24,000 bases of DNA, from positions 17,106 through 41,105 of the forward strand of contig JAXHNC010000004.1 of NCBI GenBank assembly GCA_034520925.1. Direction: 5' to 3'. The stretch's first letter is position 1. The number at the start of each line of letters is the position of its first letter. The DNA comes from Halofilum sp. (in: g-proteobacteria) (GTDB taxonomy: Bacteria; Pseudomonadota; Gammaproteobacteria; XJ16; Halofilaceae). Below, piece after piece: positions 15,274 through 24,000 of the stretch. The position numbers were made by a program, and so were the translations under genes. Below the pieces are notes generated by a model, which was given only the letters and a program-made list of their open reading frames with translations, made no database searches and was not told where the DNA came from.

Positions 15274-17568
15274 CCTATCCCGTCCGTTCTCGTCCGTCGA
15301 GCCATCGCCATCGATGGCCGGGTCCGCCTCCGCGCGCTGATCCACGAGCCGCAGATCCGCCGCCGGGGCCGAGCCGTCCTCGCCGTGCCCGAAATACACC
15401 TTCGTATGCGGGAACGGGATCTCGATGCCCGCCGCGTCGAAGTGCTGCTTGACCAGCCGGTTGTACGCACGGCCGACGATCCACTGGTTCCCCGGCGTCG
15501 TCTTGATCCGGATCCGGATATTGACCGAGCTGGTGTCGAGGGCGGTGACGCCGCTGATCTCGAGATCGCCCAGGATCTCGGGGCTCCTCTCCGGATCCTG
15601 CCGCAGGTCCTCGAAGGCGGCGATCAGGTACTTGATCACCTCGTCCGTATCCTCGCGATAGGCGACCCGGTAGACCCCGACGTGGTACGCGAAGTCGCGC
15701 ATGTAGTTCGACACGGTATCGACCGAGGAGAACGGGACGATATGGAACGTGCCGGCAAGATCGCGGATACCGACCGAGCGGATACTCAGTCGCTCGGCGG
15801 TACCGCTGATGCCGCCGGCATCGATCCAGTCGCCGGTATTGATCGCGTTCTCCAGCTGGATAAACACGCCGCCGATGATGTCCTGCACCAGCTTCTGCGC
15901 GCCGAAGCCGATCGCCAGACCGAGCACGCCGGCGCCCGCGAGCAGCGGGCCGATATTGATGCCGAGCTCCGAGAGCAGAATCATCCCCGCCATGGTTACG
16001 ATCACCACGGCCACCGCGTTGCGGAAGAGCGCCAGCAGGGTGCGCTGGCGGGCGCTGGTGGCACGCCCGCCCGTGTCGTCGCTGAGCCAGTAATCGACCC
16101 AGCTCGCGATCGCGATCCAGGCGACCGCGGAGACCACGACGATCCCGAGAATCGAGGCCAGTGACGTGACGACGCCCAGACCGGCGTCGGATGCGAGCCA
16201 GACGCCGAGGTCGAACACCTGCCACGCATCCAGCACCAGCGCGATCACCAGCACCACGATCGCGATCCGGATGGCCTGCAGCCCGCGCGGCACGAACGCG
16301 TTCAGGCGCGACTCCAGCTGAGGGAACTTCTCGCGGGTGGCCGCGGGAATCCGGATGCCGCGGCTGATGGCCCGCCCGAGCACGGCACTGAGCAGAATCC
16401 CGAAGCCGATGGCGACGAGACTCTGCAGCGTGGCCCGCGCCATGAACGGCAAGGCCGCTTCCGGCTGCAGGAGCAGAACGGCGGTCAGCGCGAGCAGATA
16501 ACCGATCGCCGCCAGGTGCCAGACCCGCGCGAGCACCGCCGCGGCCATGCGGGTGGAGCCGAGCACCGCATGCTGCGACCAGCCCTCCATCAGATGCCGT
16601 ACACGGGCACGGTTCTGCAGGATGATCGACAGCGCATAGACGAACCCGATCGCCAGCACGAGTACGTACAGTATCTGCGCCAGCGCCGGTGACAGGACCG
16701 CGCGCACGAGCGGCACGGCCACGAGCGCGCCGTAGCCGACGAAGCTGGTCAGATGCGCGAGCCAGGCGTTCCAGTACGCCGCCTCTTCGCCGCTGATCGG
16801 CAACAGCCGCAGCCCCTCATCGCGCGTGGCGAACACCACGCGCACCAGCAGCTTCACGCCCTCGATCAACACGAACGCGTTCAGGAACAAGAGCAGACGC
16901 GTATCCGCGACACCACTCTCACCAAGTGCGAACAGGGCGATCGCCCAGCCCGTGAGCCACGCCAGGGCGATGACGCCGGCGTCGATCAACAGCGCCAGGA
17001 CCACGCCCCAGAACCGGCGCAGGATGCCCGCCGCGCCCCGAGCGGCCATTGCCCAGCCGCCAATCCAGGCGAACGGCCAGCGCGCGAACGCCCGCAGCAC
17101 AAGGAAAACGCCGGCGGTTCCGAGGATCAGCAGGCCGAGATTCCACCCGTCGCGCCCCACGGCGGCCCAGTCGACGGCCGGACCGGTGCCGATCGACTGC
17201 AGGGCGGCAAGCGCCTGCTCGAACTGGCCGACGACCTTGCTGGCCATCGCCTGACTGGCGGCAGCGATCCGCTCGGGCAACGATGTCGCGGCCGACGCGC
17301 TTTCCGACGTCTCCGCGGCAGCGTCGCTCTCCGCCGCCACGCGCCGCAGATCCTCGATCAGTCGTTGGCGGCTGGCCTCATCCTCGAGCAGGTCGGCGAG
17401 CGCGGCCGCCGACGGCCGCTCCGGCTCGGTCGCGGGTTCATCCGCCGCCCGCTGCTGGGCCTGCAGCGCCGGCGTGACGGCCGACACCGGCAGCGTCATG
17501 GCCGCAACAAGGACCGCGGACACGAACACGCGGCCCAGCGACCGCAAGCATGGACGGATCACCGACAT
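15268..17568 (-). CDS. Large MscS-family mechanosensitive channel (MscK/YbiO-like)
   Basis: The product has a signal peptide, a helical N-terminal domain, multiple TM segments and an MscS core (GPLLAGAGVLGLAIGFGAQKLVQDIIGGVFIQLE..GDWI). The start is set to the ATG at 17568, preceded by GAGGGAG, rather than 17604. Confidence 0.9.
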   Translation of the reverse strand: MSVIRPCLRSLGRVFVSAVLVAAMTLPVSAVTPALQAQQRAADEPATEPERPSAAALADLLEDEASRQRLIEDLRRVAAESDAAAETSESASAATSLPERIAAASQAMASKVVGQFEQALAALQSIGTGPAVDWAAVGRDGWNLGLLILGTAGVFLVLRAFARWPFAWIGGWAMAARGAAGILRRFWGVVLALLIDAGVIALAWLTGWAIALFALGESGVADTRLLLFLNAFVLIEGVKLLVRVVFATRDEGLRLLPISGEEAAYWNAWLAHLTSFVGYGALVAVPLVRAVLSPALAQILYVLVLAIGFVYALSIILQNRARVRHLMEGWSQHAVLGSTRMAAAVLARVWHLAAIGYLLALTAVLLLQPEAALPFMARATLQSLVAIGFGILLSAVLGRAISRGIRIPAATREKFPQLESRLNAFVPRGLQAIRIAIVVLVIALVLDAWQVFDLGVWLASDAGLGVVTSLASILGIVVVSAVAWIAIASWVDYWLSDDTGGRATSARQRTLLALFRNAVAVVIVTMAGMILLSELGINIGPLLAGAGVLGLAIGFGAQKLVQDIIGGVFIQLENAINTGDWIDAGGISGTAERLSIRSVGIRDLAGTFHIVPFSSVDTVSNYMRDFAYHVGVYRVAYREDTDEVIKYLIAAFEDLRQDPERSPEILGDLEISGVTALDTSSVNIRIRIKTTPGNQWIVGRAYNRLVKQHFDAAGIEIPFPHTKVYFGHGEDGSAPAADLRLVDQRAEADPAIDGDGSTDENGRDRT

Positions 17569-17610
17569 CGTTACTCCCTCTCGTTGAACTTCCCGTTGTT
17601 CCACGGCACC

Positions 17611-17660
17611 CGTAGGCCGGCTTGCGACCGAAGGGAGCCTGCCGGCGGTCGAGGTTGCGG
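17611..17660 (+). repeat. Single REP of the CGTAGGCCGGCTTGCGACCGAAGGGAGCCTGCCGGCGG family
   Basis: Matches module A of the 12712 and 12941 copies over about 50 nt, through GTTGCGG. It lies 43 nt upstream of the channel gene start. Confidence 0.7.
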
Positions 17661-17896
17661 CTCTGGACGACGGGCTGCCGTCGATTCAGCGTTGCGCGCG
17701 CGCTCGCCTACCCGTTCATCCTCGCTTCGGGGCCACAACATCATGCCCACCGGATCGCCCAAGTGTAATCGCACGCACACTCAAAGGGGCAAAGCGAACC
17801 GGGATCATCGTGCACTTCGTATGCCCACGATCCACCATGCGGGGTACCATCGGGGCGGTTCCACTCAGGCAGCCGGCGGCAACAGGAGCGCGCACG

Positions 17897-18157
17897 ATGA
17901 AAAAGTCCAAACACGAGGCGGAACTGGTCAAGGAGGCGTTGCACCGTGGCATGGAGTACGGAGAGAAGCGCGGCGTGGTCGAGTTCGAGGCCACCGATTC
18001 CCAGGACGACAAACTCACCTTCGTCTACCGCCTGCTGGTGCATGACAACCTGATCCAGCCGCTCGCGCGCGGCGATGAATCGATGCCGAAGATCAAACAC
18101 AAGCTCGCGCAGTGGGCGGCGAAGCAGTTGCCGGCGGATCACCCCCTGCGTCAGTGA
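17897..18157 (+). CDS. Small hypothetical protein (86 aa)
   Basis: ATG at 17897 with an AGGAG SD 8 nt upstream. GC3-rich codons and a plausible soluble composition ([26 protein letters not shown]...). It ends 16 nt before arfB. I recognise no family. Confidence 0.6.
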   Translation: MKKSKHEAELVKEALHRGMEYGEKRGVVEFEATDSQDDKLTFVYRLLVHDNLIQPLARGDESMPKIKHKLAQWAAKQLPADHPLRQ

Positions 18158-18173
18158 AGGTGGCGAAGCCGGC

Positions 18174-18587
18174 ATGCTGCATATCTCGCGACAGGTCACG
18201 ATCCCCGACGATGAGATCGAGATCACGGCCATCCGCGCGGGCGGCCCCGGCGGTCAGCATGTCAACAAGAACGCCACCGCCGTGCATCTGCGCTTCGACA
18301 TCCGCGCCTCATCGCTGCCCGAGGCGTATCGGGAACGCCTGCTGGCGATGCAGGATCACCGCATCACCGCGGAGGGCGTGGTGGTCATCAAGGCGCGCGA
18401 GCACCGCAGCCGGGAGCTGAATATCAACAGCGCGCTGGAACGGCTGCGCGAACTGATCCAGGCGGCCGGCACCACCCCGAAAGCGCGCCGGCCAACGCGA
18501 CCGAGCCGGCGGGCGCGCCAGCGGCGCACCGACGAGAAGAAACAGCGCGGGCGCATCAAGGCACTGCGGAAGGGACCAACCGATTAA
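18174..18587 (+). CDS. arfB: Alternative ribosome-rescue factor ArfB (peptidyl-tRNA hydrolase, YaeJ family)
   Basis: The 137-aa product has the GGQ motif ([12 protein letters not shown]) and a basic C-terminal tail ([31 protein letters not shown]). Confidence 0.93.
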   Translation: MLHISRQVTIPDDEIEITAIRAGGPGGQHVNKNATAVHLRFDIRASSLPEAYRERLLAMQDHRITAEGVVVIKAREHRSRELNINSALERLRELIQAAGTTPKARRPTRPSRRARQRRTDEKKQRGRIKALRKGPTD

Positions 18588-19519
18588 TCCGCGCGACGGT
18601 CCAGCACCCGGTCGAGGCGTGCCGGGAAGTTGGTGAAGATCCCGTCCACACCGGCATCGATGAGTTCGTTCATGGTGCCCGTATCGTCGACCGTGTAGAC
18701 ATGCACGAGCAGACCGGCGCGATGCGCCCGGGCCACAAACGACGCATCGACCACGCGTTGCCCGCCGTCCTCCACATTCGGCCCGATACCGGTCGCATAG
18801 CGGGCGATGGCCCGAAAATCCGCCACACCGGCCGACGACAGGGGCGGCGTCAGGCCGGACTCTTCGACCAGCTCGCCATCCGCGGTCAGGCCGTACCAGA
18901 GGAGCTGAATCAGGGGCACATCCGCGTTCAGGGCATGCAGTTTCTGCAGACTGTCCGCGCTGAATGACTGGAGGACGACATTGTTGCGTTCGATCAGACC
19001 ATGCGCCTTCAGGGTCTCGATCAGCTTCTCCTCGACCCCGGGATACAGTTCCGGCGATTTGGTCTCGATGTAGTAGCGCCGATCCGTGCCGAAGGCCTCG
19101 ATGATCTCGTCCAGCGTCAGCAGCTGGAGGCCGGCATAGGCCGGATCGGCCTGCCCCGGGTGCGCACGGTTGAACCACGAGCCCGCGTCCAGCGCCTTCA
19201 ACTCCGCGAGGGTGTGGTCACCGACCCGGCCGCTGCCGTCGGTGGTGCGATCGAGGTACGTGTCGTGAATGGCGACGAGATGGCCGTCCCGGCTCATCTG
19301 GATGTCCATCTCCAGATAGTCGGCACGCGCGGTCACCGCCTGCTCGAAGGCCGGCCGCGTCGCCTCCGGTGCGGAGCCGCTGGCGCCGCGGTGCGCGATA
19401 TTGGCGAACGCCGGTATGCCGGCGCCACCGCGCTCGTCGGCGGTCTTGCCGACCCACGGCAGCGCCGCCACGGTCGCGACCAGCAGAGATGCGAGGCGGC
19501 TGCCTCGAGCGATCGACAT
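18584..19519 (-). CDS. Glycerophosphodiester phosphodiesterase, secreted/periplasmic type
   Basis: ATG at 19519 preceded by GGAG. The product has a signal peptide and GDPD motifs ([34 protein letters not shown]). The rest of the 515-aa track ORF is upstream read-through. Its stop overlaps the arfB stop by 4 nt (convergent). Confidence 0.9.
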   Translation of the reverse strand: MSIARGSRLASLLVATVAALPWVGKTADERGGAGIPAFANIAHRGASGSAPEATRPAFEQAVTARADYLEMDIQMSRDGHLVAIHDTYLDRTTDGSGRVGDHTLAELKALDAGSWFNRAHPGQADPAYAGLQLLTLDEIIEAFGTDRRYYIETKSPELYPGVEEKLIETLKAHGLIERNNVVLQSFSADSLQKLHALNADVPLIQLLWYGLTADGELVEESGLTPPLSSAGVADFRAIARYATGIGPNVEDGGQRVVDASFVARAHRAGLLVHVYTVDDTGTMNELIDAGVDGIFTNFPARLDRVLDRRAD

Positions 19520-19587
19520 GATGGACTCCGTTGAATGGATCGTGCGTGCCGGCAGACCGTAGCACGCGACGCGCATGCGCGCGGGAC

Positions 19588-20034
19588 TCACTTCTGCTGG
19601 ATCAGGATCACCCCGGCGACCAGGAGTCCGACGCCGACCACGCGGCTGAGCGTCAACGGGATCGGTTCGACGCCGAGCCAGCCGCGCGTATCGATCAGCA
19701 CCGCGCCGATAAACTGGCCGCAGATGATCGCCCCGAACGTAGCCACGGTACCCACCCGCGGCACGGCCAGGATACTGGTCGTCACGAACAGGGCGCCCAG
19801 CAGGCCACCGATCCAGGCCCACCACGGCGCCGTCGCGGCGTCGCCGAGGGACGGCCGGCCGAACAACCCCGACGCGAGCAGCAGCGCCAGTGCGAACGTT
19901 CCGAGCAGGAAATTCCACAGTGCACTCGCGATCGGCACCTGCAGGGCGGCGCCGAGCCGGGCATTGGCCGCCGCCTGCACGGCGAGGCCGGAGCCCACAA
20001 GCGCGATCAGCACGGTGATCAGGGTCTGGGGCAT
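19588..20034 (-). CDS. DMT-superfamily small membrane protein (DUF606/YdcZ-like)
   Basis: The 148-aa product is very hydrophobic with about five TM segments. The pattern (LNARLG..ASALWNFLLG ... GQFIGAVLID) resembles the YdcZ family. Confidence 0.75.
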   Translation of the reverse strand: MPQTLITVLIALVGSGLAVQAAANARLGAALQVPIASALWNFLLGTFALALLLASGLFGRPSLGDAATAPWWAWIGGLLGALFVTTSILAVPRVGTVATFGAIICGQFIGAVLIDTRGWLGVEPIPLTLSRVVGVGLLVAGVILIQQK

Positions 20035-20283
20035 AGCGACGGACTCCGGAATCTGCGCTGGCGGATGCGCCGGTCAATATTATCCGCCCCACGCAGGGGT
20101 AAGACCAGGGTCCCCGAATGGCAGAGCACATGCTAGGCTCGCGCGCCTCGTGACGTGGGCTGCCGGTCCGGCCGCGACGAAAGGATGCGACCGCGGCGCC
20201 TCAGCGCTGATCCGCATCCGGACTGCGGCCCCCGCGCACGAGACCGCTGATCCTTTCGCCAACGACCAATGTGGAGCGAAGCA

Positions 20284-21633
20284 ATGCAGGCAATTACTGA
20301 TGCGCTGAGCGCCGTCAGCAGCTTCGTATGGGGACCGGTCATGCTCATCCTGCTGCTCGGGACGGGCCTGTACCTCACCCTCGGACTGCGGGCGATGCCC
20401 ATCCGCCGGCTCGGTTACGGGTTCCGGCAACTGTTCGCCGGCCGCAAGGAGCGGCGCGAAGACGCCGGCGAGATCACGCCCTTCCAGGCACTGTCCACGG
20501 CACTCTCCGCCACCATCGGCACCGGTAACATCGCCGGCGTCGCGACCGCCATCGCACTGGGCGGACCGGGGGCGGTGTTCTGGATGTGGATCACCGCGCT
20601 GGTCGGCATGGCGACCAAATACGGCGAGGCCGTGCTGGCCGTGAAGTATCGCGAGGTGGACGAGCGCGGCGCCTATGTCGGCGGCCCGATGTACTACATC
20701 CGCAACGGCCTCGGCGACAACTGGCGCTGGCTCGGCGCCACCTTCGCGCTGTTCGCCATGATCGCCGCCTTCGGCATCGGCAACACGGTGCAGTCGAACT
20801 CGGTCGCGGACGTGCTGCAGTCCAACCTCTCGATCCCGGCGTGGGTCACGGGGCTGGTCCTCGCGGTCCTCGTGCTGATCGTGATCCTGGGTGGCGTACG
20901 GCGTATCGCCCACGTCGCCGAGAAGCTCGTGCCCGCGATGGCCGTGCTCTACATGGGCGCCGCGCTGGTCGTGATCCTGCTCAACGCCGGCCAGGTGCCC
21001 GGCGCACTCGGCATGATCATCACCGATGCCTTCACCGGCACGGCCGCGACGGGCGGTTTCGCCGGTGCCGCGGTACTCGCCGCCATCCGCTTCGGTGTCG
21101 CGCGCGGCATCTTCTCCAACGAGGCCGGCCTCGGCTCGGCGCCGATCGCCCACGCGGCCGCGCGGACGTCGGATCCGGTGAAGCAGGGCACGGTGGCGAT
21201 GCTGGGCACGTTCATCGACACCATCGTCGTGTGCACCATGACCGCCCTGGTGATCATCATGACCGGCGCCTGGAGTTCCGGCGAGACCGGGGCGGCGCTC
21301 TCGGCCATGGCCTTCGGTCAGGGCGTCACCGGTGGCAACTGGGTGGTGACCTTCGGCATGGTGATCTTCGCCTTCACCACGATCATCGCCTGGAGCTACT
21401 ACGGTGAGCGCTGCGCCGAGTACCTGTTCGGCGTGAAGGTGATCACGCCGTACCGCTGGGCCTGGGTCGTGCTGCTGTTCGTCGGCGCGGTCGGCAATCT
21501 CGGCATCATCTGGATCGTCGCCGACATCCTCAACGCCCTGATGGCGATCCCGAACCTGATCGCACTGCTGGCCCTGTCCAGCACGATCTTCGCCGTCACG
21601 AAGCGTTACTTCGCCGACGAAGCCAACGCGTAA
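20284..21633 (+). CDS. Alanine/glycine:cation symporter (AGCS family)
   Basis: FQALSTALSATIGTGNIAGVATAI..GGPGAVFWMW and SNEAGLGSAPIAHAAA signatures. The start is set to the ATG at 20284, which has GGAG 7 nt upstream; the track start is 20269. Confidence 0.9.
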   Translation: MQAITDALSAVSSFVWGPVMLILLLGTGLYLTLGLRAMPIRRLGYGFRQLFAGRKERREDAGEITPFQALSTALSATIGTGNIAGVATAIALGGPGAVFWMWITALVGMATKYGEAVLAVKYREVDERGAYVGGPMYYIRNGLGDNWRWLGATFALFAMIAAFGIGNTVQSNSVADVLQSNLSIPAWVTGLVLAVLVLIVILGGVRRIAHVAEKLVPAMAVLYMGAALVVILLNAGQVPGALGMIITDAFTGTAATGGFAGAAVLAAIRFGVARGIFSNEAGLGSAPIAHAAARTSDPVKQGTVAMLGTFIDTIVVCTMTALVIIMTGAWSSGETGAALSAMAFGQGVTGGNWVVTFGMVIFAFTTIIAWSYYGERCAEYLFGVKVITPYRWAWVVLLFVGAVGNLGIIWIVADILNALMAIPNLIALLALSSTIFAVTKRYFADEANA

Positions 21634-21657
21634 CGGCAGCGCAGTCGACGAAGCACG

Positions 21658-21690
21658 GCGACCGCCTCCATCCCGGAGGCGGTCGCTTGA
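21658..21690 (+). terminator. Candidate terminator hairpin after the symporter gene
   Basis: Perfect 12-bp stem GCGACCGCCTCC (21658-21669) / GGAGGCGGTCGC (21675-21686) with a 5-nt loop, followed by TTGAT (weak U tract). Confidence 0.5.
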
Positions 21691-21718
21691 TCCGGACGAG
21701 GTCTACGCACCAGCCCCC

Positions 21719-21752
21719 GTAGCCCGGATGCAGCCGAAGGCGGAATCCGGGA
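21719..21752 (+). repeat. REP of a third family (GTAGCCCGGATGCAGCCGAAGGCGGAATCCGGGA)
   Basis: GTAG head followed by the 7-bp inverted repeat CCCGGAT / ATCCGGG. It lies between the convergent symporter and CPBP genes. Confidence 0.6.
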
Positions 21753-21789
21753 CCGATGATCCAGTACCCGATTCCATCCCGAAAACGCG

Positions 21790-22392
21790 TCATGACACCG
21801 GCTGACCCGGTTCGTTGCGCCCTCCATCCCCGACCAGCAGATACCCGATCGCGATCGCATCGTAGAGACCGTGCACAAGGGCCGGCAGCAGCAGGTTGTC
21901 GGTGATCTGATACAACGCGCCGAGATACAGGCCCATCAGCGTGGCCAGCACGAAATAAGCCCGCGAGAGCGCGTGCATCAGACCGAACAGGACCGAAGCC
22001 ACCACCAGTCCCTGCCACGCCCCGAAGCCCTGCGATACGCCGGCCTGGATCACGCCGCGGAACAGCAGTTCTTCGCCCACACCCGCCAACGCCGACACGA
22101 CCACAACCGCCACGATGCCGCGCCCACGGAAGACCGACTCGATCAGCGGTCGCACCAGCGCTTCTACATCCTCGAACCAGCGGGCGCCGACCCGGGCGAA
22201 CACAGCAAGCGCCACGATCAGAGGCAGCGTCGCCGCCACGGCCGCGAACAGCAGTCCGGGTGAGGCGGCGAACTCACGCCAGGGCTGCAACCCGACGGGA
22301 ACAGCCAATAACAGGGCGAGCGGGATCAGGGCCGCCTCGAATACGACGGCGACGACGAACGGACGGTCTGCCGGCAGACGAATTCGGGCCAT
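21790..22392 (-). CDS. CPBP family intramembrane glutamic endopeptidase (CAAX/Abi type)
   Basis: The 200-aa product from the ATG at 22392 has EELLFRG, FGLMH and HGLYD motifs and several TM segments. The rest of the 671-aa track ORF is antisense to the cyclase gene. Confidence 0.85.
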   Translation of the reverse strand: MARIRLPADRPFVVAVVFEAALIPLALLLAVPVGLQPWREFAASPGLLFAAVAATLPLIVALAVFARVGARWFEDVEALVRPLIESVFRGRGIVAVVVVSALAGVGEELLFRGVIQAGVSQGFGAWQGLVVASVLFGLMHALSRAYFVLATLMGLYLGALYQITDNLLLPALVHGLYDAIAIGYLLVGDGGRNEPGQPVS

Positions 22393-22530
22393 GACGGGTC
22401 CATCGGGATAAGAGTCGGGCGGGCCATGATTGGCGCAAGGCGGCGCGGTTGCAAGCAGCCGCGGCCGACCCTGCACGTCGCCGCGCGCGGCATGGGACAT
22501 GTATGGCGCGATTTTTGCTGTTACCGGGCC

Positions 22531-23784
22531 ATGAATCCCGACGCCTCCACCCTCTACCGACGGATATTCGAGAGCCATCCGACGAGTCAACTGCTCGTCG
22601 ATGCACACTCCGGCGAGATCCTGCGCGCCAATGAAGCGGCCGTGGACTTCTTCGGCGGTACCGGCGCGCGGCTCGTCGAGATGCGGCTGTCGGACCTGAT
22701 CGCGGACCTCTCGGACCATGGCGACACACCGATCCAGTGCCGGCTCGCGGCGACGCCACTGCCCCTGCAGGTATCGCTGCATATCGCCGGCAAGGGCTGG
22801 TGCCATGTCGAGGTCGAGGGCACGCGGATCGACAGCAACGACGATGGCGAACACCACCTGCTGCACGTGACGGTGCGCGACATCACCGAGCAGGTCCGCA
22901 CGGAGCGCGCCCTGCGCGACTTCGAGGAGATCTTCGAGGACGTGCCGGTCCCGTTCTATCGCGCGACTCCGGGTGCGAACGGTCGATTCCTGCGCGTCAA
23001 CCCGGCTCTCGTCCGGTTGTTCGAGGCCGATTCCGCCGAACAATTGCTCGGATACGAGATCGCCAGCCTGTATGTCGACCCCGGCGAACGCGCAAGCTTC
23101 TCGAACACCCTCATGCAGGAAGGCGAGGTCCTGCGCTACGAACTGCGCATGCGCACCGTGAAGGGGCGTGAGATCCGGACCGCGGACACGGCATTCCGGC
23201 ACCTCGATGAATCCGGCAACCCGGTCTTCGACGGGGCCCTGGAAGACATCACCCGGCGCCGCGAACTGGAGGACGAACTCTCGTATCAGGCCCGCTACGA
23301 CAAACTCACGGATCTGGCCAACCGGCGCCACTGCGAGGCCACGCTGCAGACGGAGACGGAGCGCAGCGACCGCTACGGACAGCCGCTGTCGGCGCTGATG
23401 ATCGACATCGACCACTTCAAACGCATCAATGATGAACGCGGTCACGCGGAGGGCGACCGCGTTCTCGAATGGATCGCGGAGGTCCTGCGCAACCGTGTGC
23501 GCGAGACCGACCTCGCGGGGCGCTGGGGCGGCGAGGAGTTCGTCGTCCTGCTCCCGTCGACACCGGCGACGAAGGCCCATCGGCTGGCGGAAGAACTGCG
23601 ACGAGCGGTGGCCGAGGCGCCGGATTCCGGGCTCACGCCGGTCACGATCTCCGTTGGCTATGCCGGCTATCTGCAGGGCGAGGGCAATGCACGCTTCATG
23701 CAACGCCTGGACCGTGCCCTGTATGCCGCGAAAGGTGAGGGACGCAATCGAGTGATTGCCGCCGAGCCACCGGGCGACGCGTAG
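22531..23784 (+). CDS. PAS-PAS-GGDEF diguanylate cyclase
   Basis: Two PAS-like blocks (each ending DITEQ / DITRRR), then the GGDEF domain: RETD (RxxD) five residues before RWGGEEF, and YAAKGEGRNRV. The start is set to the ATG at 22531 (MNPDAS...) to leave a divergent promoter region; 22426 is also possible. Confidence 0.85.
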   Translation: MNPDASTLYRRIFESHPTSQLLVDAHSGEILRANEAAVDFFGGTGARLVEMRLSDLIADLSDHGDTPIQCRLAATPLPLQVSLHIAGKGWCHVEVEGTRIDSNDDGEHHLLHVTVRDITEQVRTERALRDFEEIFEDVPVPFYRATPGANGRFLRVNPALVRLFEADSAEQLLGYEIASLYVDPGERASFSNTLMQEGEVLRYELRMRTVKGREIRTADTAFRHLDESGNPVFDGALEDITRRRELEDELSYQARYDKLTDLANRRHCEATLQTETERSDRYGQPLSALMIDIDHFKRINDERGHAEGDRVLEWIAEVLRNRVRETDLAGRWGGEEFVVLLPSTPATKAHRLAEELRRAVAEAPDSGLTPVTISVGYAGYLQGEGNARFMQRLDRALYAAKGEGRNRVIAAEPPGDA

Positions 23785-23850
23785 AGCGGATGGCATCCGC
23801 CGCAAGCGCCGGCGGAAATGATAAAAGAAAAGACTTGACCCCGGCTGGGG

Positions 23851-23883
23851 GAGCGGTGGGTGCCGGTTTGGCGCCCACCGCTC
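23851..23883 (-). terminator. Candidate terminator hairpin for the partial right-edge gene
   Basis: 14-bp stem GAGCGGTGGGTGCC (23851-23864) / GGCGCCCACCGCTC (23870-23883) with one G-U pair and a 5-nt loop. On the minus strand a T-rich stretch (TCTTTTCTTTTAT, complement of about 23821-23835) follows after a second small hairpin. Confidence 0.4.
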
Positions 23884-23903
23884 GGATCAGACGGCCGCGG
23901 GGG

Positions 23904-24000
23904 TTACTCGGCGGCGTTCTGGATCTTCTCGGCCAGTTCCTGGTCGTTCTGCGCGGCCCGCGCGATGTTGTTGAATTCCTGCACATCGAGGCCGGCGTCC
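23904..24000 (-). CDS. 3' end of an unidentified gene (partial, continues beyond the window)
   Basis: My own minus-strand translation gives ...DAGLDVQEFNNIARAAQNDQELAEKIQNAAE-stop, with uniformly GC3-rich codons and the stop at 23904-23906. It is absent from the ORF track because it is truncated. Confidence 0.4.
   Translation of the reverse strand, partial: DAGLDVQEFNNIARAAQNDQELAEKIQNAAE

Noticed and set aside
15220-18045. Plus-strand ORFs 15220-16164 and 16753-18045
   Set aside because: They are antisense to the MscS-family channel gene and have Arg/Pro/Gly/Asp-rich shadow composition.
19520-20131. N-terminal 204 aa of the 515-aa track ORF, and likewise the first 471 aa of the 671-aa ORF 21790-23805
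   Set aside because: Only the distal parts (from ATG 19519 and ATG 22392, each with an SD or a signal/TM-appropriate N-terminus) have family signatures. The upstream parts overlap other real genes on the opposite strand.
20100-20283. Glycine riboswitch upstream of the alanine/glycine symporter
   Set aside because: AGCS genes are common glycine-riboswitch targets, but I cannot find the conserved GGAGAG, CACCGAAGGGGCAA or CTCAGGCAAAAGGAC-type cores. Only a vague CGACGAAAGGATGCGA is present. A covariance-model scan would settle it.

Overview
Very GC-rich bacterial chromosomal segment with strong third-codon-position GC bias and proteobacterial gene content. I support 18 complete protein genes and one partial gene; no tRNA, rRNA, CRISPR array, transposase or integrase is visible. 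Left to right: a PAS-GAF-GGDEF-EAL c-di-GMP protein; MipA/OmpV (-); a coiled-coil hypothetical gene (-) whose frame is broken by a 14-nt imperfect tandem duplication; bacterioferritin; a cyanophycin cluster (cyanophycinase and cyanophycin synthetase with ATGA overlap, then isoaspartyl dipeptidase and a tightly following alpha/beta hydrolase); a ~560-bp mosaic of REP-like repeats; a Dcm-family m5C methyltransferase with an N-terminal HTH, coupled to Vsr; a nested-hairpin element; a large MscS-family channel (-); a small unknown ORF followed by arfB; a glycerophosphodiester phosphodiesterase (-); a DUF606/YdcZ-type membrane protein (-); an alanine/glycine:cation symporter; a CPBP protease (-) divergent from a PAS-GGDEF cyclase; and a partial gene at the right edge. 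Most other long ORFs in the six-frame track are antisense shadows of these genes, as expected in high-GC DNA. The most unusual content is non-coding. Three different GTAG-headed REP families occur here. The dcm-vsr segment is bracketed by inverted CGTAGGCCGG heads that also supply the TAG stop codons of both neighbouring genes. A perfect GGACA-N3-TGTCC palindrome lies over the dcm start and resembles, from memory, the SsoII-type methyltransferase operator. I see no convincing multi-gene system of unknown function; all functional calls rest on motif recognition and recalled homologues, not on searches.
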